From Lama glama (taxonomy: Eukaryota), in NCBI GenBank assembly GCA_028534125.1, contig CM052817.1, positions 62,001 to 126,000 of the forward strand: DNA of 64,000 nt, in the 5' to 3' direction. Positions 14,301 to 24,965 of this stretch are shown here, piece by piece (the stretch's first letter is position 1; every line of letters begins with the position of its first letter). The notes beneath the pieces are model-generated. The model searched no databases. It had not been told where the DNA came from and saw only the letters and a program-made list of their open reading frames with translations. The translations under genes were made by a program, and so were the position numbers.

Positions 14301-14579
14301 TGGGGGCGAGCCAACCCCAAAACACTTGTTGTAAACTTTAAAATGGAATCCGGATATGAACAGACACAGAAAAGAAGAGAAACCTCCCAGACACAGAAAT
14401 GATAATACTGGAGGACCAGTCTGGTGGCGGGGAGCCCTCCGAGGCGCTGGGCCAGACTGCCCCGGAAGATGCAACGCCACAGAGAGGCCTGGCTTTGCGC
14501 CCCGCCAGGCCCTGTCCTCCCTCGCTGCGGTGGCCGGGTAGGGAGGCGGGCTTGGTCAGTTCGTATCGGCCCGGAGAGC

Positions 14580-15710
14580 TCAGCTGGCCCGGCTTGGCTC
14601 CCAGGGGCGCGCCGCCTCGCAGGGCGGCCGGCAGCAGTAGGGGTAGGAGGCGTTGAGGTCGGGGTCCGAGGGCGCGTACCCTGGCAGCTCCACAGACGGG
14701 TGCCCTCCGCAGCACACCTCCACGCCCGCCTCGTCAAACGCGTGGAAGACGCCCACGTTGATATAGGAGACCGCGTGGTGCGCTGCGAAACCCGCGCAGT
14801 CTCCTGGGGCGGCGAAGTCCGACTCCTCCGGGGACAGAATGGAAGCCTCGCTCGGCCGCGGCTGCAGCCGGCGCCCCCGTCGGCCCCGCCGGCCCCGCCG
14901 CGCACGGGAGGCCGGCGGCTGCGCGCGAACCCCCGGGCCGCCGCGGGGCCGCGCCAGGGCCCGGCCTCCCCTTCGCCGGCCGCGCCGGCCGCGCCGGGCC
15001 TGCGAAGACTTGTAGTTCTTGACCAGCAGGAGGCTGAGCAGGCCCAGGAGGCACTCGAGCGAGTTGAAGACGGTGGAAAGCACCAGGCCACGCTGGTAGT
15101 CCTTCAGCTGGCGGCACTTGGCGGACGTGGCGCTGTCCAGGGTGCTGCGGACGCGCGACGCGCCGGGGGCCGGGCCGGCGACGGCGGCCGGGGTGCCCGG
15201 GGCCGGGCCGGTGGCAGTGGCCGGCGCGCGGGGGGGCAGGCAGTAGTGGGAGTACTTGCGTTCCACTAGGGACACGGTGTCGCCGTCGATCACGGCGCCC
15301 GCGAAGGCGCTGAGGACCCCGAGCATGAAGACGAGAACGCCGAGGAGGAGCAGGTTCTGGCTGTTCACCGGCCCCGAAGGCCCGGGTGCGCTACCCGGCT
15401 CGCCCGGTGCGGCCTCTGGAGCCCCTGCTGGGGCCGCGGGAACCCCTAGGCCCGGCCCCGGCCCCGGCCCCGCAAGAGGCGCGTCCCGGGGCCCGCAGCA
15501 GAGCAGGGCGGCGCCAAGCAGCGAGAGGCCAGCGGCCAGCAGCAGCCCGGAGTAGAAGGCGCCGGCGGCCGCCCCCAGCCGGAACGGCTCCCCGCGCAGC
15601 TCCGAGCCCAGCGAGAAGCACTTGAGGCCGACGGCGGCGGCACTGAGCGCGCAGGCGAGCAGGAGGCAGGAGGAGAGCGCGGCGCAGGCCCCGCGGACGC
15701 TCCACTTCAT
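14580..15710 (-). CDS. TMEM271: Transmembrane protein 271 (single coding exon, 376 aa, four predicted TM helices, Arg/Gly-rich C-terminal tail)
   Basis: Uninterrupted ORF MKWSVRGACAALSSCLLLACALSAAAVGLKCFSLGSELRGEPFRLG...YPYCCRPPCEAARPWEPSRAS with four hydrophobic segments. Recognised sequence, and its position upstream of PDE6B matches known synteny. Confidence 0.93.
   Translation of the reverse strand: MKWSVRGACAALSSCLLLACALSAAAVGLKCFSLGSELRGEPFRLGAAAGAFYSGLLLAAGLSLLGAALLCCGPRDAPLAGPGPGPGLGVPAAPAGAPEAAPGEPGSAPGPSGPVNSQNLLLLGVLVFMLGVLSAFAGAVIDGDTVSLVERKYSHYCLPPRAPATATGPAPGTPAAVAGPAPGASRVRSTLDSATSAKCRQLKDYQRGLVLSTVFNSLECLLGLLSLLLVKNYKSSQARRGRRGRRRGGRALARPRGGPGVRAQPPASRARRGRRGRRGRRLQPRPSEASILSPEESDFAAPGDCAGFAAHHAVSYINVGVFHAFDEAGVEVCCGGHPSVELPGYAPSDPDLNASYPYCCRPPCEAARPWEPSRAS
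15129..15149 (-). promoter_or_regulatory. RE1/NRSE (REST) motif within the TMEM271 CDS
   Basis: CGCAGCACCCTGGACAGCGCC vs consensus TTCAGCACCnnGGACAGCGCC. Confidence 0.7.
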
Positions 15711-15823
15711 CCTCCGCGCCCGAGCCGGCCCGCACCCCGCGCGCCCGCCGCCGCCCGCCGCCGCCCCCGCCGCCTGCGCCTCCTCCCGGCGCCGCGCGGC
15801 CGGACCGCCGGCCTCCTCCTCAT
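15707..15823 (-). other. TMEM271 uORF2 (38 aa, Arg-rich)
   Basis: ATG at 15823 to TGA at 15709-07, which overlaps the main ATG (15710-08); no internal stops. Confidence 0.55.
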
Positions 15824-15876
15824 CCTCCCGCGTTCTCCCGGGCCCGCGCCGCCGCCGCCGCCACCGGAGCCTGCAT
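15820..15876 (-). other. TMEM271 uORF1 (18 aa, MQAPVAAAAARARENAGG)
   Basis: ATG at 15876 to TGA at 15822-20; the stop overlaps the ATG of uORF2. Requires a TSS upstream of 15876. Confidence 0.5.
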
Positions 15877-18407
15877 CCTCCGCCTCCCGCCGCCGCCGCA
15901 GCCCCGCGCAGGGAACCGATGCGGCGCGGAGGACCGCAGGGCGCGAGCGCCCCCTCCCCAGCCCGCGGCGCCCCTCCCAGGACGCTCAGCTTCCCCCACC
16001 CCGCCCGCGGCCCGGCGCGCCCGGCCTAGGCGCCGCCCTCCTCCGCCCCACCAACCCCCGCAGCCCCTAGGACACCCCTCTGCCGCCTCCCGGAGGAAAG
16101 GTCCCCCCTCGCCGTGTCTCTCCGCCTTCCTCCCCCTGTCAGCGCCCCCAGCAGCTCTGGGAACGCCACCCTCCACCCCTGGGCTCTCTCCCCTGATCTC
16201 CCCCAGGCCCCACCCCCGGGACCTCCCACCTCTTGTTCCCCTGCGTTTGCACTCCCCAGGTCACAGGGCTGGGGTCTCGCTCCTTGCCCACCCGCCTGCC
16301 AGAGGTCAGGAAGCTTGAAGAAGTTAGCTTGGGGTGCAGGAAGTGGAAGAAGAAGGGAGCCCGGGTGCTGAGGGAGCTATGGGGGAGAGCCTGAGTGCGG
16401 GACAAGGGGAAGGGGCGAGTCTAGGGGAGAGGGGAAGAAGGAGGGGGGAAGGGAAAGCCCGCGTGGGGAGGAGGTTTGAATGCGGGGGTGGGGGAAGGGA
16501 ACAGGGGAGCCCGGGGGAGGAGGGGGCCCGGGTGCTCGGGGGATGAGGCCGGAGTCTGGATGCGGGGTCGAGGGGAGGGTTTGGAGGAGGAGCTCGGGTG
16601 CTGGGACCCTCCAGTGCAGCCTGGGAGGTCGGCTTGGCTCGTGTGCGCGGGGAGGGAGGTGGGGGGAGGTGGGAGAGGTACTGCCAAACTGGAGGTGAAA
16701 CCTCAGGCAGGACCTTGGATGAGTCTCGCTGGGCTTTAGTCTAAAGAGCCCTTGTCGGGGATCATGCAGGAATGTACCCCTTGACGCGGGTGCGAGGGAG
16801 TTAATTCATCAGAAGGCGATTCACGGCTAGCGAGCAACGCGGGGGAGGGGGCTATGGGGGTTGAATCCCCTCGTTCCGATCTAGGTGGACTGCGAGGTAC
16901 TCTTGGTGGGCGAGAGGAAGGCGTGAGGGTGGGTGGGGCGTGGGAGATGGCTTTCTCCCTGGCCTCCCTGGGCGCCCCCATCATCCTCTTGAAAGGAGAC
17001 CTGGGAGGGATGCCTCTGGAAAGCCCTCTGAGGTCCCACCGGGCCGAGCGGCTGGGCCTGCGCCGGTGGTTCTTTGCACACCGTCCCTGCCGCTGCAGGA
17101 ACGAGGCCGGGGAGCCGATGACTCACCCTGCCGGCTAATTGCAGCGTTAAATAACTTTGCGCTGGATCCTGGGGAGGCAGGCGTGGAAGCAGCTAGGGAT
17201 AGCGCTGGGGGAGGAGGGGATGGGAAGGTGAAGGGGTGCTTTGAGAACACGCCCCCTTTCCTGCCACCCGCTTGGCCAGTCCTGGCTTGTGGAGACACCC
17301 CTAGAGCTCAAAGCGTCCGGTGGTGCCCGGTGAGCAGGGGTACGAGCCTCCAAAGGTCCCTCGCGTCTGGAGAAAGCTGCGCCCACATTCTCCAGGCAGC
17401 CCGCGCGCAGGGGCCCCTCGCCCACGTTCCACGGAAACCATCTGCCCAGGGAATGTATGTTAAGTCCCTTCATGCGGCTCTCTGGACATTTGCGTGGGAC
17501 TGTCTTGAACGGCAATCGCTGCGACAAGGAGCAGGTTTGCTGTATTTTTAGCAGGGAGTGCAGATTTTAGAACATCAGCTGAACCTCCTCGTTCCGTGCT
17601 TCTCCTCATGCACAACGACTTGCCAGAAAAGTCGGAATAGTGAGCCTTCTTCTACATTTATGGCGTATGGATTTTAAAAGGACAGTGTGTAAGTCAGCTT
17701 GTATAATACTCGTGGCACCCACGCGCGAGCTTAGTTGCCATGAGCTGACTTCCAGTGATTATTTCGGTTTCCAGGGAGACGAGGTTTGCAGCCACCTCCG
17801 CGAGGATGCAGCAACTCCTCCATTCCCAAAGCCAGGCCCTCCGCAGCCAGATTGATCAGGCTTTGCAGGAGGAAGTGAGCTGACGCTGGCAGGTCCTGCG
17901 CTTGGCCTCTGAGGGAGGCCTGAGGCGGCCTGGGCAGACCTGAGGCAGGGCCGTGCTGGGAGGGGCTCTGAAGCCGCTTCACTAATCAAAGGACCTGTAC
18001 TAGACAGGTCAGTGGTTTAGTATTAATCCGGAGTCTGGCCTCTTCTCTCGTCCAGAGCCCCCCACCCCCAGCCCCTCACTAGACACTTCCACCCCACCCC
18101 GCCACCACCCTGTTCATTAACCGGGCTGTGCCTCTTCCTGACACAGGGCCTCGGCGTATGCTGTTCCCTTTTCTGCTGTATGTTCCCTTTGCCACCCAGC
18201 TTCGGCCTGCTCATTTCTTAGATATTAGCTTCACCTCACCTAACAGTACCTAACTTTACTGGGTGCCTACTGTCCGGTCGACGCTATCATGAGTGCTTTC
18301 ATGGGCTGTCTTATTCAGTCCTGGCAACAAAAACTGTGCACGTGAACCTGGGGTCCTCACAGAGGCTTTCCAGCAATAATCGTGTGACCTGGGAGACAGG
18401 ACTCAAA

Positions 18408-18680
18408 CCCCACCTCTGTGACCCACCTCCCTGCCCCATCCACCTGCAGCCACGCACCTGCCCACCTCCCCGCACCCCACCTCTCTGTGCCCCCAACTCC
18501 CTGCCCCCACCTCCTTGCACCCCATCTCCTCCCTGTTCCCTGACCTCCTTGTACTCCAGACTCCCTGCCCCCACCTCCCTGCACCCCACCTCCTTAACCC
18601 CCCCATTAACGCTGCCCCTCAACACCTTCCTGCTCCCTGTCCCCTGCCCCCATCTTCCTGCGACCCCCACCTCCCTGCCT
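18408..18680. repeat. Imperfect C-rich minisatellite (CCCCACCTCCCTGC-like units)
   Basis: About a dozen recurrences of CCCCACCTC(C/T) variants at roughly 14-20 nt spacing. Confidence 0.75.
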
Positions 18681-21600
18681 CTCAGCCCCTGACAGAGTGT
18701 CCCCCACAACAGGCAGATCTCCCAGTGTTTAACTGTCTGTCTTCCCCACCTGGTTGGGAGCTCAGTGCAGGCCACTCATGTCCAGCTTACCTTCCAACTC
18801 CTCCCCATCAGGACTCAGCTCCACCCCAGCCACATGGAAGGAATGAGTGAGTGGATGAATGAATGGGTGGACACCAGCCAACCTGGGGTTGCTCTGTCCT
18901 AGGGCAGAATCTAATGTCAGTTTGGTTTTGCTCACAAGGAGAACAGGGCCAGGTGACACAGGCCAGACTAGCAGGCAGGAGAAGACCCATCTCCCTGTTG
19001 TGGTAAGGGAGTGCTCTCTGGGAGGGAGCCCCAAGGAGAGCGTGTGGGGCTCCATGGGCAGAGAGTGACCAGCAGATGTCCTGTCACGAAGGGTCTTGAG
19101 CCGTGCAAGTTGGGACTTCATCCTGATGATGGAGAGAGGATGCTGTAGTGTGAGTTTTAGAAGCACTAGCTCATGAAGACTGGGCTGGGGAGGTGAAGGC
19201 ACGTTGAGGGATCAGGTGCAGGTGGAGGGGTCCTGCCACCATCACGATGATCGTTGTACTTAGATCTGTGGTTTGCTCCCCTCTGCATCCACTGCCTGAC
19301 ACTCAGCAGATAGTCAGCTGTCTTCCTGAGTGTGTGTCTGTCTCCCCTCTGTGTCTGCAGGAGGGAGAGGCAGCAGTCTGTGGACTCTGTCATACAAAGC
19401 TCACGGGGACCCTGTAACCACCCCACTCTCACAGTGAGCCCTTCTGCACCTAAGCTGGTTTCTGACACCTACAATCAGGGGTGTAAGCTGAAACAACCCA
19501 TGCACATTTTGAAAGCTAATTTTGTTGCTTTTTGACGGAATCCTCTGTCCCAGCCCCTACCAGGCTCAGCTGTGAAGCCCACCCCCGCCTCACAGGCCAC
19601 CTGGCAGCATCCTCCTGCCTTTACTCAGCGGCCGAGGGGCGCCGGGTACAGCTGCAGTCCACAGAGCGACTTGGGGTCTCAGAGGTCAGGCGGGGAGCCC
19701 AGTCCGGAAAGGAGCGCTGCCCTTGTGAAAAATGACTGGATGGTGGTGGGGGTGGTGGGAAGGGGCAGTTTTAAAAGTCCCAGAGCTACCACATGCCAAG
19801 CAACCTCGCAGAGACGCTTGTAGTGCTTCCATGCGGCACACATCACTGTCACATTCTGAAGACAGGGAACCAGAAAGAGACCAAAGAGAATGTGTTTTTA
19901 AACCAACGTGTTTTTTCTGATTATAGCAGTAATCACGAATCAAGTGAAGAATATTTTCTTTGTTACCTTTAAACCTCATTTTAATGTTGACATATTTATT
20001 AGCATTTAAAATCCAATCTCCTACAGTGTTGACATCCGTTAATTTGGCTGATTCTAATCATTTTTTTCTAATTTATCGTTTAACTTTCCAGTATTTCTAT
20101 CCCTTATATTCTTAACTGGATAAATGCTCACAGTTTTCTTTCGTTATTAATTCTCAGTCCCGTTTTCCCAGGAATGATCAGTATTTATCTTCATCTATAG
20201 ATGCGTGCGTGCATCTCTGTGCCAGTTATGCATAGGTGATAGTTAATCTAAAGAGCTCAGTCTCACAAAACCAAAGCTAGTGAGCTCTTGGAGACAGAGA
20301 ATGTACTTTGATTACTACTTTACAAGCTTTTGTCTTGTGAAATATAATAGATCCACAGAATCCATAAAATTGCGTGTAACAACTTAACTTATAAAGGAGC
20401 ATCTGTGTCTTAAGCGAGACCTGGAACACTGCAGACTTGAGGATGCAAGAGCCACGCCCCCAAAAGCTGCTGCTGACTTCGTTGAAAACCACTTCCTTGT
20501 GTTTATTTACACGTTTATCCCCTAGGCGTGCACCCCTAAACATTTGAGTCTGGTTTGCTGGTCTTTGCATTTTATTAAGTAGAATACACAGCGCGTGACT
20601 CTTACACGTGTGGCTTCTTTCAGCGAGCCTGAGGCGTGCTCCCGTTGGTCTGTAGCCCATTCACTGTCGTTGCTGGCGCTGAGTGGCGGTGTGACTGTTT
20701 GCCACGCTGCTGCTGGTCAGCACTTGACGCTTCTAGTTGGGACTTTATGAGTAAAGCTGTTGAGAGCCTTCTCCTGCGTGTGCACTGCTGCACTTGGGCC
20801 TGTGCGTTTTTGGATTGTGAGTAATACCAACTTTTTGTACTCTTTTTTATGAGATACAGTTTATGTGCAACAATAATCACTAATTTTGAGGGTTCGAGTC
20901 AATGAGTTTGGACAACTGTACACAGTGGTGTGAGTCACCACCACAGTCATGATACACAACTGGTCCCAACCCTCCCAGGTCCCCTGCAGAAGCTCTTGTC
21001 TGCTTTCTGTTACTATAGTTTTAGTATAAAGTTTTATATCCCTAGAATCATAAAAGATGTAGTCCTTCATGTCTAGCTTCTTTCACTTGACCAAACTTTG
21101 TTGTTATTCATTTGTTTTTAGTGCTGAGTAGAATTCCACCAAAATCCATTCATCCAGTCACAAAATGATGGACATTAGTTTTTATGAGGGAAGCTGCTAG
21201 TGAACATTTGTGTGCAAGTCTTTTGTGAACGTGTTTCAGTTTCTCTTAGGAGTGGAATTGCTAGGTTGTGTCGTAAGTTTATTTTAGCTTTATGAGAAAT
21301 TGACAAATCGCCTTGCAGAGTGACCGCGCCCTTCTACACTCTGCTCCGCCCTGTGCCCCGCCAGACCTTGGTACTGTCAGCAGTCTTTCTAGTGGTGCTG
21401 GCCATTCTGGTGGGTGCAGTGGTTTTAATTTGCGTTACCCTGGTGACTAATGGTGTTGAGTCTTTCATATGTTTTTTTTGGTGAAATACCTGTGAAGTTA
21501 GTAGTTATTGGCCTTTCAGATATCTTATTTAGTAAAATAGATTTCCAAATCATTTGCCAAGTTTTAAACACTGGGTTGTCTTCGTGTAATGGAGTTGTGA

Positions 21601-21752
21601 GAGTGTTGTGTGTATTCCACATGCAAGTTCTGTGTCGGACAAACACCTTGCACGTGTTTTCTCCCAGCCTTTGACTTGCCTTTTCATCTTCTTAACAGTA
21701 TCTTTTAAAAAGCAAAACTTTTCAGTTTTGATGGAGTCTGATTTATTACTTT

Positions 21753-21936
21753 AAAAAAATTTTTGTTTGTTTGTTTATTTTTGTTCTTTTTTTGGAGAGG
21801 GAGGTAATTAGGTTTATTTATTTATTTACTTACCTGCAAAATAATTTTTTATTCCCTTAACAGAGACACTGGGGATTGAACCCAGGACCACGTGTGTGCT
21901 AAGCAAGTGCTCTACCACTGAGCCATACCCCCACCT
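21753..21936 (-). mobile_element. tRNA-derived SINE (camelid-type) with 14-bp TSD
   Basis: gggaggtaattaggtttattt...ggggattgaacccaggacc...ctctaccactgagccatacccc; TSD tgatttattacttt at 21739-52 and 21937-50. Confidence 0.85.
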
Positions 21937-22737
21937 TGATTTATTACTTTTTCTTTCACGGTTTTTGTGCTTTATATCAGAAATATTTGCCTAAACCAAG
22001 GTCACAATATTTTTTCTATTTCTTTCAGCAGTTTTACAGTTTTAGCTCTGAAGCACGTATCTGTGGCCCACTTTGAATTAGATTTTGTGTCTGGTGTTGG
22101 TAATGGTTGAGGTTTTTGTTTTTGCAGGTGATGTCCACCTGTTCCAGCACCGTTTGCTGAAAGTCCTTACCTTTCCCAAGAAACTGCCTTCGCACTTTTA
22201 TTGAAAATCAATGTCTGTAAGAACATGTAACTATTTCTACACTCCCGCTTCCATCCTGTTGATCTGTAGGTCCACCCTTCTGCCACTACTACACTGACTT
22301 AATGGTTGTAGCTCTATAATAAAACCTGATAACTGGTAATGTAAGTTGTCCTTTTTCAGAATTGTTTTTACTATTCTAGAGCCTCGGCATTCCCGTATAA
22401 ATTTTAGAATCAGCTTGGCAATTTCTACCCAAAAACGTGTATCAAGATTTTGATTAGGATTATGCTGAACCTATAGATTAACCTGGGCATAACTGATATG
22501 TTAGCAATGTGGACTCTTCTGATCCATGAACATGATTTAACAATACATTTATTTAGGGCATGTTTTCTTTATTAATTTCTCTCAATATTTTATAGTTTTT
22601 AGTGTACAGGCCTTGCACACATTTTATTAGATTTGTCTTTAAGAATTTCATATATTTATTCCTTTTGTAAATATTACTTTAAATAATAATTTACTGTCCA
22701 ATTGTTTGTTTCTAGTGTATGGAAATACATTTGATTT

Positions 22738-22903
22738 AAAATTGCTTTTCTTTTTTAATTCTTTTTTTGGAAGGGAGGTGATTTTACATATATATATATA
22801 CACACATATATATGTATATGGTGGTACTGGGGAAACTAAACCCAGGGCCTCGTGCATGCTAAGCTCACACTCTACCACTGAGCTCTACCCACCCCCAACC
22901 CCA
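22738..22903 (-). mobile_element. tRNA-derived SINE (camelid-type) with 16-bp TSD
   Basis: cccagggcctcgtgcatgctaagc...ctctaccactgagctctacccacc; TSD gaaatacatttgattt at 22722-37 and 22904-19. Confidence 0.85.
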
Positions 22904-24863
22904 GAAATACATTTGATTTTTAAGCTGCCTTTTCATCCTGCAACCTTGCTAAATTACTTATTGGTCCTAGCAATCTATTTTTGTAGATTCTTTAACATTT
23001 TCTATAAAGACAGTCATATCACGGGTAAGTGGAAGTAGTTTCGCTGCTTCCTTTCCTACCTGCATGACTTTCATTTAATTTTCTTGCTTTATTCCATTGG
23101 CTAGTCCCACATGCATAGTAGTTAATAGAAGTAGTGAGAGTAAAAAAAGTCTTGCCTTGTTCCTGATTTCGGTGGGAAATCATTTGGTTTTTCATCTTAA
23201 AGTATGATGTAAACTGTAGCTTTTTTGGAGAAAACATCCATCAAGTTGAAATCTATGTCTAGTTTTCTGAAAGTTTTTATCTTGAACAGGTGATGAGTTT
23301 TGTCAATTTATTGTTGTTGTTGCTGTTGTAATTGTTGAGATTATTGTATGATTTTTCAATTTCAGTCTGTTAGTATGGTGAATTATATTCACTGAGTTTC
23401 AATATTAAACCAAACTTGCATTCCTGAGATAAATCCCTCTTGGAGGAGAAGTACAAATACTTCTGTCTACTACACCTTGGTGCTGGAGTCACCAAGGAAA
23501 AACACAGTACAGTTAAGCACTGGATGGAACAAGCTTTACTCACACAGTGAAGCGACAGAGCAAGAGAACAGCTTCACTAGTGAGTGTTGGTCTCCCATGA
23601 CTAGTGGGTCCCTCCCAACAGCTGATACATGGCCATTAGCCTACAGGCACCCCTCTTGTGCTGCAGCAGAAGGACCCCATCTCCTCCCCTCATGCAACAG
23701 ATATAGGCAGAACAAAGGAACGCACGTAGAGTCTGAAACAGGAAAAAATATTCCCACACAGATGACAAGCCCAGCACAGGCTGTGAGGACTCTTTACCTC
23801 TTGGTGAGGAAATGCTCTAGGTCCAAGGTGCATTTTTATGTGGCCAAGGGGGGGGGTAAAAGACTGCATGCACAAGTCTGCCTTTCCCATCAGTCATGAC
23901 ATGTTGTCCTTTTTATACAGGGGTGGATGTGACTTGCCATTGTTTTGTTGAGAATTTTCATGTGCATATTCATGAGGAATATTATTTTCAGTTTTCTTTT
24001 GTAATGTTTTTGTCTTGTCTTGGTGTCAGCATAATGCTGCATTCATCAAACGAGTTGATAAGTACTCACTTACTGTCTCTTTTCGGAAGAGTCTGTAGAA
24101 CTGGTATTATTTCCTCCTAAAGTGCTTGGTAGAATTGATTTCTGAAGCCACCTGGGGTTAAAGTGATTTTAACCATAAATTCAATTTTTAAAAACAGTTA
24201 TAGCGCTATTTAGGTTATAGTTTTTTTTTCTTAAAGAAGTGTTAATAGTTTGTGTCTTTTGAAGAATTTGTCTATTACATTTAAGTTTTTAGATTTGTTG
24301 GCATAAAGTTGTCCACAATATCCCCTTATAAATTGTGGTTTTTATTATATGTAAAATATATCTCAATAAAGCTGAGAGAATAAAATGTTTGAAAAATTTT
24401 TTTTATTATTTTGTATTTGAAGGATCTGTAGTGAAATTTCCTCTTTCATTCCTGATATTGATAATTCATGTGTTTTTTCTTCATCGGTTTGGCTAGAGGT
24501 TTATTAATTTTTGACCAGTTCCAAAAAACTGGATTTTGGTTTCATGATTTTCTTAATTTTTTGTTTCCTATTTCATTGGTTTCTGCTCTTCTATTATTCT
24601 CCTTTTTTCTGCTTGCTTTGGCCTTAGTTTGCCCTTCTTTTTCTGGTTCTGATTTGAGACCTTCCTTCTTATATAATGCTATAAATTTCCCTTTAAACAT
24701 TGCTTGGTGGCTTATAGTAACAATGAGTAAATTGAATCTCTTAGTTGGAACATAAATTCATAAAAGAACATGAACTTTTTCTTTATATGCCCCCGTAACT
24801 TTTTAAGATGGTTTCTGATGGAAGGTACTGGAAGGGAGTATTCAAACTCGAAGACAGGAGCTG

Positions 24864-24965
24864 GGATGGATGGATGGTGGATGGTGAATTGGATGGTGGA
24901 TGGATAGATGGTGGATGGATGGTGGAAGGTGAATGAATTATGGATGGATGGATGGATGGATGGAT
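24864..24965. repeat. (GGAT)n-type microsatellite
   Basis: ggatggatggatggtggatgg... Confidence 0.9.

Larger units (their letters stand above)
14200..16150. promoter_or_regulatory. CpG island covering the TMEM271 gene body and promoter (CpG-rich shoulder extends to about 17450)
   Basis: Very high GC and CpG density by eye; GCC runs upstream of the ATG. Confidence 0.85.
20830..24720 (-). mobile_element. Degenerate L1 (3' UTR and ORF2 remnants) with nested SINEs and an LTR-like insert (about 23440-23890)
   Basis: T-rich antisense L1 motifs (ggagtggaattgctagg, ttccagcaccgtttgctgaaa, ttttagaatcagcttg). Confidence 0.8.

Noticed and set aside
14090..15269. Long alternative-frame and antisense ORFs overlapping TMEM271 (333 aa, 281 aa)
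   Set aside because: Low-complexity R/G/P/A translations, as expected from stop-codon scarcity in a CpG island; no recognisable domain.
21860..21932. tRNA-like A/B-box sequence
   Set aside because: It is the head of a SINE with a tail and TSD, not a tRNA gene.
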